DNA of 64,000 nucleotides, taken from NCBI GenBank assembly GCA_950097015.1, contig CATNEN010000038.1:34906001-34970000 (forward strand). Reading direction: 5' to 3'. Source of the DNA: Macrostomum hystrix. Lineage: Eukaryota; Animalia; Platyhelminthes. Shown in pieces: positions 35,901 through 48,049 of this stretch. Numbering within the stretch: the first letter of the stretch is position 1; every line of letters begins with the position of its first letter. The notes under the pieces were generated by a model. It worked only from the letters and a program-made list of their open reading frames with translations, was not told where the DNA came from and did not search any database. The position numbers and the translations under genes are program-made.

Positions 35901-37537
35901 TGCCATACTCACTCACTCTTATACCTGTCTCAATCTCACTCACTCTTATACCTGTCTCAATCTCACTCACTCTTATACCTGTCTCAATCTCACTCACTCT
36001 TATACCTGTCTCAATCTCACTCACTCTTATACCTGTCTCAATCTCCCTCACTCTTATACCTGTCTCAATCTCCCTCACTCTTATACCTGTCTCAATCTCA
36101 CTTACTCTTATACCTGTCTCAATCTCACTCACTCTTATACCTGTCTCAATCTCACTCACTCTTATACCTGTCTCAATCTCTCTCACTCTTATACCTGTCT
36201 CAATCTCCCTCACTCTTATACCTGTCTCAATCTCTCTCACTCTTATACCTGTCTCAATCTCCCTCACTCTTATACCTTTCTCAATCTCACTCACTCTTAT
36301 ACCTGTCTCAATCTCACTCACTCTTATACCTGTCTCAATCTCACTCACTCTTATACCTGTCTCAATCTCACTCACTCTTATACCTGTCTCAATCTCACTC
36401 AATCTACCTGTCTTCTAGTTTTATAAATTAATATTAATTGCTTACCTGCAAATCTCTTCCAGAAGCAGCAGCAGTAGCGGCAGTATCGGATCCGGGATAT
36501 TCAGCTCCGGCGTGCCTCCTATTGATATGGGCACGCAAGAAGGCGTTATTTAGAAAGGCCTTTGGACAATAAGGACAGCGCTGGTAGGACTGTGGTCCAG
36601 CTTCCATGAGCTGCTGCTGAGCAATGAGTAGTTTCTTTCGCTTGTGACACTCCCGCTTCAAATCGCTGGCCTCTCGCTGTTTGTCAGCTAGGCGCTGCTT
36701 CAAAGCCAGAGATTCGGCGCGCGACTCGGCGGCCTGACGCTCTAAATGGCCGCGAGTGTGCGCCAGATACTCCTGCGATGTTAGTAGTGTGGCGTGTAAA
36801 TATAGCTTAAATTTATAGGGCGATGAAAATTGATCTGAAAAGAGATCTGAAGGGAGATCTGAAGAGAGATCTGAAGGGACATGTGAAGGGAGATGTGAAG
36901 GGAGATCTGAAGGGAGATCTGAAGGGAGATCTGAAGGGCGATCTGAAGGGAGATCTGAAGAGAGATCTGAAGGGAAATGTGAAGGGAAATGTGAAGGGAG
37001 ATCTGAAGGGAGATGTGAAGGGAGATGTGTGGAAAGATGTGAAGGGGGATATGGAGGGAGATATGAAGGGAGATATGAAGGGGGATGTAAAGGGTAAATA
37101 GCCAGAGCAAATAGCCAGAGCAAGCTAAGCCGCACCTGCGAGTGCAGCAGATACTCAATCATCAGCTGGGCCAGGCGAAACAATTTCACCAAGTTGGCAT
37201 CATTGCACCTGGCAAATTCCGCGTCAGCGTCGCAGTAAGTCACACCGGCTAGGTGTTCCTGCAGGGTGACAAAGTCTAGATCGCGCTGAATCCTATCGAC
37301 ATCCACGGCGGCTAGACGTCGCCAGTCGAGGCGTTCGGCACGCTTCTTAAAGAAGAACAAATGCTCGCCAGGGCCGCCGCCAATGATTGGCGGATAGTTG
37401 GAGCGACCGTTGTTGCCGGGGCCAGAAGCATAATAGTTGCTAGGCGGATTAGCCGCTTGTCCACTGGGATAATAGGGATTTTGCAGAGGCTGCTGCTGCG
37501 GCTGCTGCTGCTGATAGTGATTAGGACCACGTTCCAT
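32991..37537 (-). CDS. DZIP1: DZIP1/DZIP1L (Iguana) ciliary basal-body zinc-finger protein. Exons 37537-37136, 36772-36446, 35760-34990, 34670-34386, 33740-32991
   Basis: Dzip-like N domain FFFKKRAERLDWRRLAAVDVDRI...LVKLFRLAQLMIEYLLHSQ|EYL, coiled coil, C2H2 finger CPYCPKAFLNNAFLRAHINRRH. Confidence 0.9.
33785..34352. repeat. 31-bp array followed by a 24-bp x3 array (DZIP1 intron)
   Basis: tgatgatcattgagtccccctgctcactctc; gatcatttgagatgggaggtttga. Confidence 0.93.
34757..34878. repeat. Dispersed repeat family C; second copy at ~62498-63265 interrupted by SINE B
   Basis: acagagcaatgttag.tgtccttg...tgacaagaa...ggctttgaaag...atccacatgg..ggac.ttcacga.aatcagtc shared. Confidence 0.7.
35908..36405. 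repeat. 27-bp intronic minisatellite (DZIP1)
   Basis: Unit ctcactcactcttatacctgtctcaat. Confidence 0.96.
36830..37090. repeat. 12-bp intronic minisatellite (DZIP1)
   Basis: Unit gaagggagat(c/g)t. Confidence 0.92.
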
Positions 37538-38114
37538 ATTCAACGCGGTGCGTTTAGATGACTAACTTTCGATGATTGATATATTATATTATTTTATTTT
37601 TAACAAACAGAGAGTACAACGAAGAAGCTGAAACAATTTTTGTTCAAAAATATTAAAACAAATCTTAGATCACCAGTTCCTTGTGCTTTCATTTAGTTTA
37701 CTAGTCTCAGAAACATTCTCACACAGCTTTGTGAAGAAGATAAGCTTCAATATTCCCAATAAAAAAAAAATATAGAAATAATATATAATAAATAAATCCC
37801 GATAACTTAATAAAAATACGTTTTTCTACTCATGGACCACTAGAGGAAGGGCGGGACACTTTTATTTCTTGAAAAATTTATTTCACGGAAAACTTGCACT
37901 AACGATATAGAAACTTATGAATAATTATTGAATAATAGGAACTAATTTATTATGAAGCACAATGGCAACAACCAATCAGACATAAAATTAGACTATTAGC
38001 TTGGCGTACTGATTTTGTATGAAAAAATATGACATAATTCTCGTAATACAACTATTAATTTTTTTATTAAAGGATAGGATAGACAACAGGATCCTAAATA
38101 ATAGAAATGTTACG

Positions 38115-38810
38115 GTTTACGCCATAGACAACTTTTATCAGTGCCAACACGAGTCATGCGTTATTTGCGCAAGTTAAAAATAGAAAATAAATGTATAATA
38201 TTTTCCCTGTATTTCGGCTCCCTAGGATGAAATGCTCGAGGCGCAAATTTATTGACCGAGGCGAAGCCGAGGTCATTGAATGTCGCACCGAGTGCCTTTC
38301 CACCATAGACAGCCGAAATAAATGTGAAATATGGTATGTATTCCCCGTTTGCCCACCAACTTTGATTGCACTTTTATGCTCTGTGTATAAACCAAGGACC
38401 CCTGAATAGAAGCATCTGGACTGGAAGCTATTTATAGAAGTCCTTGGTATAAACTCTGACTCTCTCTTTCTCTCTTACTCTGCCCATAGTCTATGGTAAA
38501 AAGCAGACCTGTTTGAAGAAGATGGGTCTGTGGTAAAAAGTGTACACTAGGCGTGTAAGGCTGGAAAGGCTGTCTGAGCTATGGCTAGCATTGAGCTACG
38601 TTCTTTTTATTCCCCCAGACGTCTTTGAGTTGTCTATGGTAAACGTTCCGTTTATCCGCCCCGGGCGAGCGGGAAATAAATTATTTATTTCCCGGGCAAA
38701 TAAATGAAATGCTTTAAGACATCGACTGCGTTGGCGGGCAAACGGGGAATACATTTATCGCTTGTATAAGATAGAAACCCTAACTCTGTGTTTTATGTCT
38801 ATGGCAAAAG
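38115..38810. mobile_element. Degenerate non-autonomous element(s) with interleaved inverted repeats
   Basis: atgtattccccgtttgcccaccaac (~38336) vs gttggcgggcaaacggggaatacat (~38730); ccatagacaact (~38122) vs agttgtctatgg (~38628); hairpin tgaccgaggcgaagccgaggtca. Confidence 0.5.
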
Positions 38811-38913
38811 ACAGCTATTTAAACTTTAGCCTTTACCGTTTAAAGAACAGAGTGAGTCTTTTTTTAACGAGAGAATAAGTTTTTTGGGTGTGGCGCGGCC
38901 TTAATCTTTAGAC

Positions 38914-39543
38914 CAGGGGTCGGCAAACTTTTTAGCTAGCGGGCCAAAAAGAGAACCTAAAAGACGACAGCGGGCCGCATTGACGGTAGAAATATAAGAG
39001 AAATATATCAGAGATAGGTAAGAGATGAGACACAGGAGAGATGAGACCGAGGAGAGATTAGACAGGAGAGAGATGAGACAGGGGCGACACGGGAGAGGTG
39101 AGAAAAAGGAGAGATAAGGCACGGGAGAGAAGAGACACGGGGGGAGACGAGACACGGGAGAGATGACACACGGGAGAGATGACACACGGGAGAGGTGAGA
39201 CAAAGGAGAGATTAGGCACGGGAGAGACGAGACACGGGGGGAGACGAGACACGGGAGAGATGACACACGGGAGAGATTAGACACGGGAGAGGTGAGACAA
39301 AGGAGAGATTAGGCACGGGAGAGACGAGACACGGGGGGAGATGAGACACGGGAGAGATGACACACGGGAGAGACTAGACACGGGAGAGGTGAGACAAAGG
39401 AGAGATTAGGCACGGGAGAGACGAGACACGGGGGAGATGAGACACGGGGGAGATGAGACACGGGGGAGATGAGACAGGGGAAAGATGAAACAGTATACTA
39501 TAGCTGTCGGAAGGGGCAACGGGCCGGATTTTGCCGACCTCTG
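38914..39543 (-). mobile_element. hAT (Charlie-like) MITE with internal 16-bp minisatellite
   Basis: TIR CAGGGGTCGGCAAA / TTTGCCGACCTCTG; perfect 8-bp TSD CTTTAGAC. Confidence 0.9.
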
Positions 39544-40113
39544 CTTTAGACTGAGTAGGTGTTATTCTATATTAGGAGTCATTTGTGACCATTAAATCAG
39601 TTATTTAACCTTCTACTACTAACTTAAAATGAGAATATAGAAAACTGACCAGTAAAAACTGAGTAAAATTGATGATGGATTCAATATATTTGGGATTCCA
39701 TCGAAGGAAAACAAAAAACTATTGGAAAAAATCATTGCCGGTTACATTAGGTATCAGCATTAGTAGGAAAATTGATTTGGTGTTTTAAAATTAAAAAGTA
39801 AAGTACTATAAAAGCCGATTACTATTAGATTCAGATTCAAACTTGTGTTAATAAAAGAATTTATCGTGAAATAGGATAATATAAATAATTAATAATTCAT
39901 CGAGCGAATTAACTATGTTCGTAACAAGAAAATGATATATATATATATTGGATTAGTCATTTAAAATAAATAAAAAAGCTGATAAACAAACGTAATGAGA
40001 TACAATGTCTGTTGTTTTAATCCGTGATTTAATAGAATTTGTTAGTTAAAGGTGATGGTCTTTGTATATTTCCTTCTGAATTTCTTTTTCAAAATCTTTA
40101 AAACGGGTAATTT

Positions 40114-43100
40114 TTAAAACACGGCATCAAAGGCTGCCTTGGTCTTGTTTGGAGCCTGCGGCGTTACCACGGTAACCGGTAGCAACGGGTTGACGCTGTC
40201 GCGAAGGTAATTCTGCAACCAAAATTTGAATTCGTTTAAAGCGAGGGCATCTGTCTAGAGGATTGGTTGCGAATGACCAGCTGAAGTAGCTAATGACCAG
40301 CTGAAGTAGCTAATGACCAACTGAAGTAGCTAATAACCAACTGAAGTAGCTAATGACCAACTGAAGTAGCTAATAACCAACTGAAGTAGCTAATGACCAA
40401 CTGAAGTAGCTAATGACCAACTGAAATAGTAAATGACCAACTGAAGTAGCTAATGACCAACTGAAGTAGCTAATGACCAACTGAAGTAGCTAATGACCAA
40501 CTGAAGTAGCTAATGACCAGCTGAAGTAGCTAATGACCAACTGAAGTAGCTAATGACCAACTGAAGTAGCTAATGACCAACTGAAGTAGCTAATGACCAA
40601 CTGAAGTAGCTAATGACCAGCTGAAGTATCTATATGACCTACTAATGTAGATAGTGACTTAGTAGCTATCAGAATACTCACGTGAGCATAAGCAAGCGCG
40701 TTTCGACGCTCAGCAACCGAGGCTCTCTCGCCAACATAGACGTAGACCTCAAAGCCATTGTCAATGATGAAGACATCCTGAAAGGCAGATAGATATAAGT
40801 TAGGCATTAATAAGCTAGTACATGTAGCATAGGTAAATGTAAATGGAAGCAATAAGATAACACGCACATCTTCGTTAATGCTGCTCTTGCTAAGTGAGTC
40901 GCTAGATACCAATTCAAAGTTGAGCTTCCCACTGGCATCGGAAAGCCTAAAATGAGGATCAGAATGTGCCAGATTAACAATCGAATTATAAAAATTTAGA
41001 AAACTAATAAATCTCACTTCATCATTCGTTTCTGGGCAGTTGAAGCGCTGGCTGCCGCGTCGCGCGGTTCGACTTCGTCGTCATTTAGCAAATTAAAGAA
41101 TTCGTGCTGTAAATGGGGGCATAATGAAATTATTGTTTTAATTGCTTCTCACCCCGACTGTATTTGGGCTGCCTCCCCACCCCGACTGTATTTGGGCTGC
41201 CTCCCCACCCCGACTGTATTTGGGCTGCCTCCCCACCACGACTGTATTTGGGCTGCCTCCCCACCCCGACTGTATTTGGGCTGCCTCCCCACCCCGACTG
41301 TATTTGGGCTGCCTCCCCACCCCGACTGTATTTGGGCTGCCTCCCCACCCCGACTGTATTTTGGCTGCCTCCCCACCCCTGACCTTATTTAGGTTGTCTC
41401 ACCACTCCTGACCTTATTTGGGCTGCCTCCCCACCCCTGACCTTATTTGGGCTGCCTCCCCACCCCGACTGTATTTGGGCTGCCTCCCCACCCCTGACCT
41501 TATTTGGGCTGCCTCCCCACCCCGACTGTATTTGGGCTGCCTCCCCACCCCTGACCTTATTTAGGTTGCCTTAACACCCCTGACCTTATTTAGGTTGCCT
41601 CAACACCCCTGACCTCATTTGGGTTGCCTCACCACCCATACATGCGCAACCTCCCAAATCTTAGCCGGCCTTGCGACTTAGTTTTTGCTCTCATTTGCGA
41701 CTTAGTTCGTTTCATTGCTCTATTTACGACTTAGTTTGCTCTCATTTGCTCTCTTTTTCTCTCCCCTTTTTCCTTTTCTTCACGCCTTCCTTTTTTGTCC
41801 CTTGGTCCCCCCTTTGATTTTTTGGCGCTTGGTCGATTGGTTTTTGCGACTTACCTTGCTTGGCCCTCGTTTCACCCGGCCGGTTCGGCCGGGTCGGCCG
41901 GGTGTTGCGCATGTATGCTCACCACCCCTGACCTTATTTAGGTTGCCTCACCACCCCTGACCTTATTTAGGTTGCCTCACCACCCCTGACCTTATTTAGG
42001 TTGCCTCACCACCCCTGACCTTATTTGGGCTGCCTCCCCACCCCGATTTTATTTGAGCTGCCTCAACACCCCTGACCTCATTTGGGTTGCCTCACCACCC
42101 CTGACCTTATTTAGGTTGCCTCACCACCCCTGACCTTATTTGGGTTGCCTCACCACCCCCTGATCTTAGTTGAGTTGCCCCCTCCTCGCTAACGCTATTG
42201 ACTGTCTCCGAGCTCAATCAAGCTGCCTCAATCACCTCAGCGGATGCGTCCTCCTCTTCAAGCGTGCTAGAAGACAGCCTGCCGTTGCGTTCGCTCTTCA
42301 AATTGGTTAAATACTGAGCAGCTTTGAATTTCTCATTCTTATTAGCGCCGCTTCCATTCCACTGGATGGCCCGATCGCCCAGATCCAGTATGTACACATC
42401 CGTATTGTCCAGAGCTTTGCGCGAGCGAGGCACCTCCGTTACTATGACATTCTGTCGCTCGCCGCGCACGTGCAACAATCTCGGCTGATACTCGCGCGTC
42501 TTCACATTGCGAAAACCGCTGGGACAGCCGCCAGCTAAATAAGTAATCTCAGGGAAGTAGCTGCGCATCAGGGCGCTCTCGTGACCCTGAACCTCCCTGG
42601 AAAGTAAAGACCAGGCGAAATAATTGATAGCTTGTGAAATTCATATAACAAACTATACCTGGATCAATTAGAAGTCCATTTATAATCTCATATATTCTAA
42701 TTTCCTGCTGTCTTTGACTAATCCTCAGTTAAATAATCCCTTATTGTCTATGGCCAATGCTATGAGTCAATAAATATTATACTGTTTATTGCCAATCCTA
42801 AAAGTTGAAGAATACGCTACTGTCTATGGCCAATCCTAAAAGCGAATGAATACGCTACTGTCTATGGCCAATCCCTACAGGAGTTAGCGGTATGGGCGAT
42901 CCTCGCCTCCCCGCTGGGTCCATGGACCACCCTGTAGCTAAGTCAAAAAAATGACCAATCCTAAGTGCGAATGAATACGCTACTGTCTATGGCCAATCCC
43001 TTCCCTGAGCACCTGTGCTGAACAGGCAAGTCGTCAAGCAGGGTGTCCACTTCAACAGTCTTGTAGGCCGCGGTGCCGTACTCATCAGCTGTGCTCTCCT

Positions 43101-45114
43101 TACCAATCCAAAAGTGCACATCGTAGCAGAGCTTGTCGGCCTCCATATAGGCGTTGAGAATTATGTAGGAGTCGCCGCTATAAAATTTGCCATACAATTC
43201 TCTGGGCCATTCGACAACTTTAAAGTTCTGCAAGAGAAATATGTCGAAAATGAACTGTGAATATCTGAGTGGTCGAATACAAGAAAATGCTTGTATTGAA
43301 AATCTCAAACCTTAACAATCTATCAACTTCAAAATGCCAAACCTTAACAATCTATCAACTTTAAAATGCCAAACCTTAACAATCTATCAACTTCAAAATG
43401 CCAAACCTTAACAATCTATCAACTTCAAAATGCCAAACCTTAACAATCTATCAACTTCAAAATGCCAAACCTTAACAATCTATCAACTTCAAAATGCCAA
43501 ACCTTAACAATCTATCAACTTCAAAATGCCAAACCTTAACAATCTATCAACTTCAAAATGCCAAACCTTAACAATCTATCAACTTCAAAATGCCAAACCT
43601 TAACAATCTATCAACTATAAAATGCCAAACCTTAACAATCTATCAACTTCAAAATGCCAAACCTTAACAATCTATCAACTTCAAAATGCCAAACCTTAAC
43701 AATCTATCAACTTCAAAATGCCAAACCTTAACAATCTATCAACTTCAAAATGCCAAACCTTAACAATCTATCAACTATAAAATGCCAAACCTTAACAATC
43801 TATCAACTTCAAAATGCCAAACCTTAACAATCTATCAACTTCAAAATGCCAAACCTTAACAATCTATCAACTTCAAAATGCCAAACCTTAACAATCTATC
43901 AACTTCAAAATGCCAAACCTTAACAATCTATCAACTTCAAAATCTCAAACCTTAACAATCTATCAACTTCAAAATGCCAAACCTTAACAATCTATCAACT
44001 TCAAAATCTCAAACCTTAACAATCTATCAACTTCAAAATGCCAAACCTTAACAATCTATCAACTTCAAAATGCCAAACCTTAACAATCTATCAACTTCAA
44101 AATCTCAAACCTTAACAATCTATCAACTTCAAAATGCCAAACCTTAACAATCTATCAACTATAAAATGCCAAACCTTAACAATCTATCAACTTCAAAATC
44201 TCAAACCTTAACAATCTATCAACTTCAAAATCTCAAACCTTAACAATCTATCAACTTCAAAATGCCAAACCTTAACAATCTATCAACTTCAAAATCTCAA
44301 ACCTTAACAATCTATCAACTTCAAAATGCCAAACCTTAACAATCTATCAACTTCAAAATGCCAAACCTTAACAATCTATCAACTATAAAATGCCAAACCT
44401 TAACAATCTATCAACTTCAAAATCTCAAACCTTAACAATCTATCAACTTCAAAATCTCAAACCTTAACAATCTATCAACTTCAAAATGCCAAACCTTAAC
44501 AATCTATCAACTTTAAAATGCCAAACCTTAACAATCTATCAACTTCAAAATGCCAAACCTTAACAATCTATCAACTTCAAAATGCCAAACCTTAACAATC
44601 TATCAACTTCAAAATGCCAAACCTTAACAATCTATCAACTTCAAAATGCCAAACCTTAACAATCTATCAACTTCAAAATGCCAAACCTTAACAATCTATT
44701 AACTTCAAAATGCCAAACCTTAACAATCTATCAACTTCAAAATGCCAAACCTTAACAATCTATCAACTTCAAAATGCCAAACCTTCTTAGGCCACAAATT
44801 CCTGAAATCCTAAAAATCCCCAAGCTATTGTTACAATCTCTAAACGTTATTTTATCCCAGACAACTGACCTCAATTCGCCAGACATACAGATGCGGCTTC
44901 TGGGCCTCCAAAACTGGAGTCCATGCTGGTTCCTTCTCAGCGGATTCTTCTGAAATGCAAATAAAAATAAAACAATTGCAATCCATTACATTACAACAAG
45001 ACCTATAAGACACGAAATCTTATCGATTAACTTACTCTTAACCTGTCGCTCGGTATCAGAACCAAACAGTGCTAAATTACTATCCTTCCAGTCGTATTGC
45101 TTAGCCTTAATCAT
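40114..45114 (-). CDS. Three-domain gelsolin-like/severin actin-severing protein. Exons 45114-45036, 44949-44870, 43227-43013, 42596-42236, 41106-41018, 40946-40868, 40777-40682, 40212-40114
   Basis: MIKAKQYDWKDSNLALFGSD, VWRIE|NFKVVEWP...FYSGDSYIIL, VHFWIG..STADEYGTAAYKTVE.D, QHREVQGHES, DVYILDLG, LSDASG, DVFIIDNG; junctions in frame. Confidence 0.93.
40273..40628. repeat. 20-bp intronic minisatellite (gelsolin)
   Basis: Unit atgaccaactgaagtagcta. Confidence 0.96.
41150..42165. repeat. C-rich ~30-bp intronic minisatellite, two related units, interrupted by a MITE
   Basis: ccccaccccgactgtatttgggctgcct / caccacccctgaccttatttaggttgcct. Confidence 0.93.
41637..41917. mobile_element. MITE (281 bp) inserted in the gelsolin-intron minisatellite
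   Basis: Perfect 14-bp TIR CATACATGCGCAAC; flanking direct repeat CTCACCACC; decayed relative at ~55100-55250. Confidence 0.85.
43300..44786. repeat. 32-bp intronic minisatellite (~46 copies)
   Basis: Unit caaaccttaacaatctatcaacttcaaaatgc. Confidence 0.97.
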
Positions 45115-45366
45115 GATATATGCTAATACCTCTCTGACTAGCTATAGCGAGTTTGAAAAAGCGTGTGTTTTTTGTCTGCCTGTCTGTGTGCGTGTGTGTG
45201 CCTAAGGGCGTCAATTTAGATATATATATATATATATATCCAGTCAGTTTTGAAACTAGATACACTCGAACATAAATCTCTCTACTCTCAGGCCACCACC
45301 AACACCAGCAGCTAAGACTGCAGGCTAGCTATACATGTGTAGGCTGTACAGTCAACTGAAACTCAC

Positions 45367-45502
45367 TGCGCATTGGACAGGGCAGGAAAATTAGAACTGC
45401 TTCTTTTGGAGGAAGAGAACAAGTCAGAAGAGGGTTAGCTTGTGAGCTCCACGTTGAACCAACCTCAATCCCGAGTGCTCAAAAGCCCACTTTATATATA
45501 AA
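45367..45502 (-). promoter_or_regulatory. Putative gelsolin TATA promoter and non-coding first exon
   Basis: TATATATAAAG at ~45489-45500, donor GCA|GTGAGT at 45366, acceptor ~45135 before the ATG. Confidence 0.45.
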
Positions 45503-46126
45503 GAAAGTGTACACCAAATGCACCACATTTTCATCCACACTAGCCATCCTAATTATCTCTCAATCTCTCTTTCTGTCCTCTACTGTACACAGTAATTGCA
45601 AAAACATGCTGCAGCAAGCAGATGAAAATACTATGGTAGAACTTAGTGAAATGGGACACCTATAATCCTGATACTATACTAAATGCTAGATATCCTATTT
45701 TATAGTTAGCCAGCTATACACGACAAAACTTTGAATGAAAAAAACACAAGATATATTATTTCAGCACAACCATAACGCTGCTGCTTCTCAATAGGTTTTT
45801 TAATGCTTATTTTCTTGCTTAGCAATTTGTGACTACGACCAACAATGATTCGACAAAAAATGTTTCAACTACAAATGCGAACTAACAGGCACATTTGAAA
45901 GAAAAGCATAAAAAATCAACAGGAATTTGAAAAATCGTTACATTATTTGGTGCGCTTAAAATATACAGTCCAAATATGATAATTCCTAAGTTAACTGAAC
46001 AGATTTTCTTAGAGAACGATTTCCCTCGATTGCGCAGCATACAACTTACAGTAAAATTGAGATTTTGAAACAAAAAATATGATTATTACAGTAAAGAAGA
46101 CACTCGAAACATAAAAATTATATTAA

Positions 46127-46745
46127 GCCTTCAGTCTATGACAAATGGCCTCCTTTTTTCGACCAGAAGACTTTAAACTATGACCAGAAGACTTTAGTCT
46201 ATGACCAGAAGACTTTAGTCTATGACCAGAAGACTTTAGTCTATGACCAGAAGACTCCAGTCTAAGACCAGAAGACTCCAGTCTATGACCATAAGATTCC
46301 AGTCTATGACCAGAAGACTCCATTCTATGACCAGAAGACTCCAGTCTATGACCAGAAGACTCCAGTCTATGACCAGAAGACTCCAGTCTAAGACCAGAAG
46401 ACTTCAATCTATGACCAGAAGACTCCAGTTTATGACCAGAAGACTCCAGTCTATTACCAGAAGACTTCAGTTTATCACAAGAAGTCTTAAATCTATGACA
46501 AAAAGCCTTCAGTCCATGACCATAAGCTTTTTTCGACCAAAAGACTTCATTTTATGACCAGAAGATTTAAGTCTAAGTCAATGAGCAGAAGACTTGAATC
46601 CAAGTCTATGACCAGAAGACTCAAGTCTAAGTCTATGACCAGAAGACTTAAGCCTATGATCAGAAGACTGCAGTCTATGACCAGAAGACTTCAGTTTATG
46701 ACAAAAAGACTTCAGTCTATGACCAGAAGACTTCAGTCTATGACG
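46127..46745. repeat. 21-bp minisatellite downstream of SSB
   Basis: Unit atgaccagaagactccagtct. Confidence 0.93.
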
Positions 46746-46881
46746 AAAAGCGTCCTGCAAAAATATTTGAATAACGTTAAAAATGCTCAGCATAGATTTC
46801 AAAGCAAAAATAAACGCTAAGAACCCGAACACGCCTGATTTAAGTGCACCGACATTGCGCCAAAATGAATGAATCATTGAA

Positions 46882-47484
46882 TCAGATAGATCTAAAATCG
46901 TTCTCATCTAATTCAAGGTGGTCAGCCTGATTATCGACATCGGCAGCGTCGCTAGTGACATTCTTTGGCAGCAGCGGCACTATCTGGTGCGGCATTATGG
47001 AAGCTACGCGACTATTATTAACAAAGAAATATTCCATTCGGCCGGAGACAAAGACCCGATCGCCGGGACTTATATTGCGAACTATCCTCATCAGATTGGG
47101 ATTGAATGTGGACACTCTGTGATGCGAATTCCTACAACGCATAGTGCCGCTGACGCTGTCTTTATAACGAAACAGCGTCACTACGCTGAACACCATGTAC
47201 TGCTCGGCGCCTGAAGTTTTCAACATTTCTCTCTCGTTAATCTTAGAGACCGTGCCTAATAGATTGATCTCATTGAAGTCTCCGCCATAGAAACTATAAC
47301 GATAGCCAGGAGACTGGGTTGAACGCTTCGAGTCGGAAATCTCATTCGGAGACTGCTGCTGCTGCTGACTATCTGAAGCTTTTGACGCGTAGCTTAATTT
47401 CCGAACAGATGCCATGGAGACACGATTCAAGCTAGCAAAGCGCGATAGAAAGCTAGCCGCTGCATTTATTGGCAAACAATTCAT
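46882..47484 (-). CDS. SSBP1: Mitochondrial single-stranded DNA-binding protein-like (OB fold), intronless CDS
   Basis: Arg/Ser-rich presequence; NEINLLG, FSVVT, HHRVSTF, PGDRVFVSGRMEY. Confidence 0.75.
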   Translation of the reverse strand: MNCLPINAAASFLSRFASLNRVSMASVRKLSYASKASDSQQQQQSPNEISDSKRSTQSPGYRYSFYGGDFNEINLLGTVSKINEREMLKTSGAEQYMVFSVVTLFRYKDSVSGTMRCRNSHHRVSTFNPNLMRIVRNISPGDRVFVSGRMEYFFVNNSRVASIMPHQIVPLLPKNVTSDAADVDNQADHLELDENDFRSI

Positions 47485-47549
47485 TGCTGTATTTTAATGT
47501 GAGCTGAAATAAGTGTACTTTAAATAGTGGCTTAAAATTAAAACATGAC

Positions 47550-47826
47550 TGGGAACCTACTTTAGGGATCTTGGAGTGTTGGGAACCTACTTGGGGATCT
47601 TGGAGTGTTGGGAACCTACTTTAGGGATATTGGAGTGTTTTGAACCTACTTGGGGATCTTGGAGTGTTGAGAACCGAATTTAGGGATCTTGGAGTGTTGG
47701 GAACCTACTTGGGGATCTTGGAGTGTTGAGAACCGACTTAAGGGATCTTGGAGTGTTGAGAACCGACTTTAGGGATCTTGGAGTGTTGGGAACCGACTTT
47801 AGGGATCTTGGAGTGTTGGGAACCTA
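47550..47826. repeat. ~30-bp minisatellite upstream of the SSB acceptor
   Basis: Unit gggaacctactttagggatcttggagtgtt. Confidence 0.92.
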
Positions 47827-48049
47827 TTGGACATTTATATTTTTACTCGTAGTTCTTTACACAATACGTCTTTAAGAGTTCAGATACAAATATTAGTTAC
47901 GAAATCATTTAGCTACAAAATTAATTACAAACTAGTAGCTATACTACTGCTAACTACTGATATATGAAAATGGTTTTTAAGCACACCTCAAACCCGAAAG
48001 AATGAAAACAATGAACAGCAAAGACTGTGACACAGTTTGGATTCAAAGG

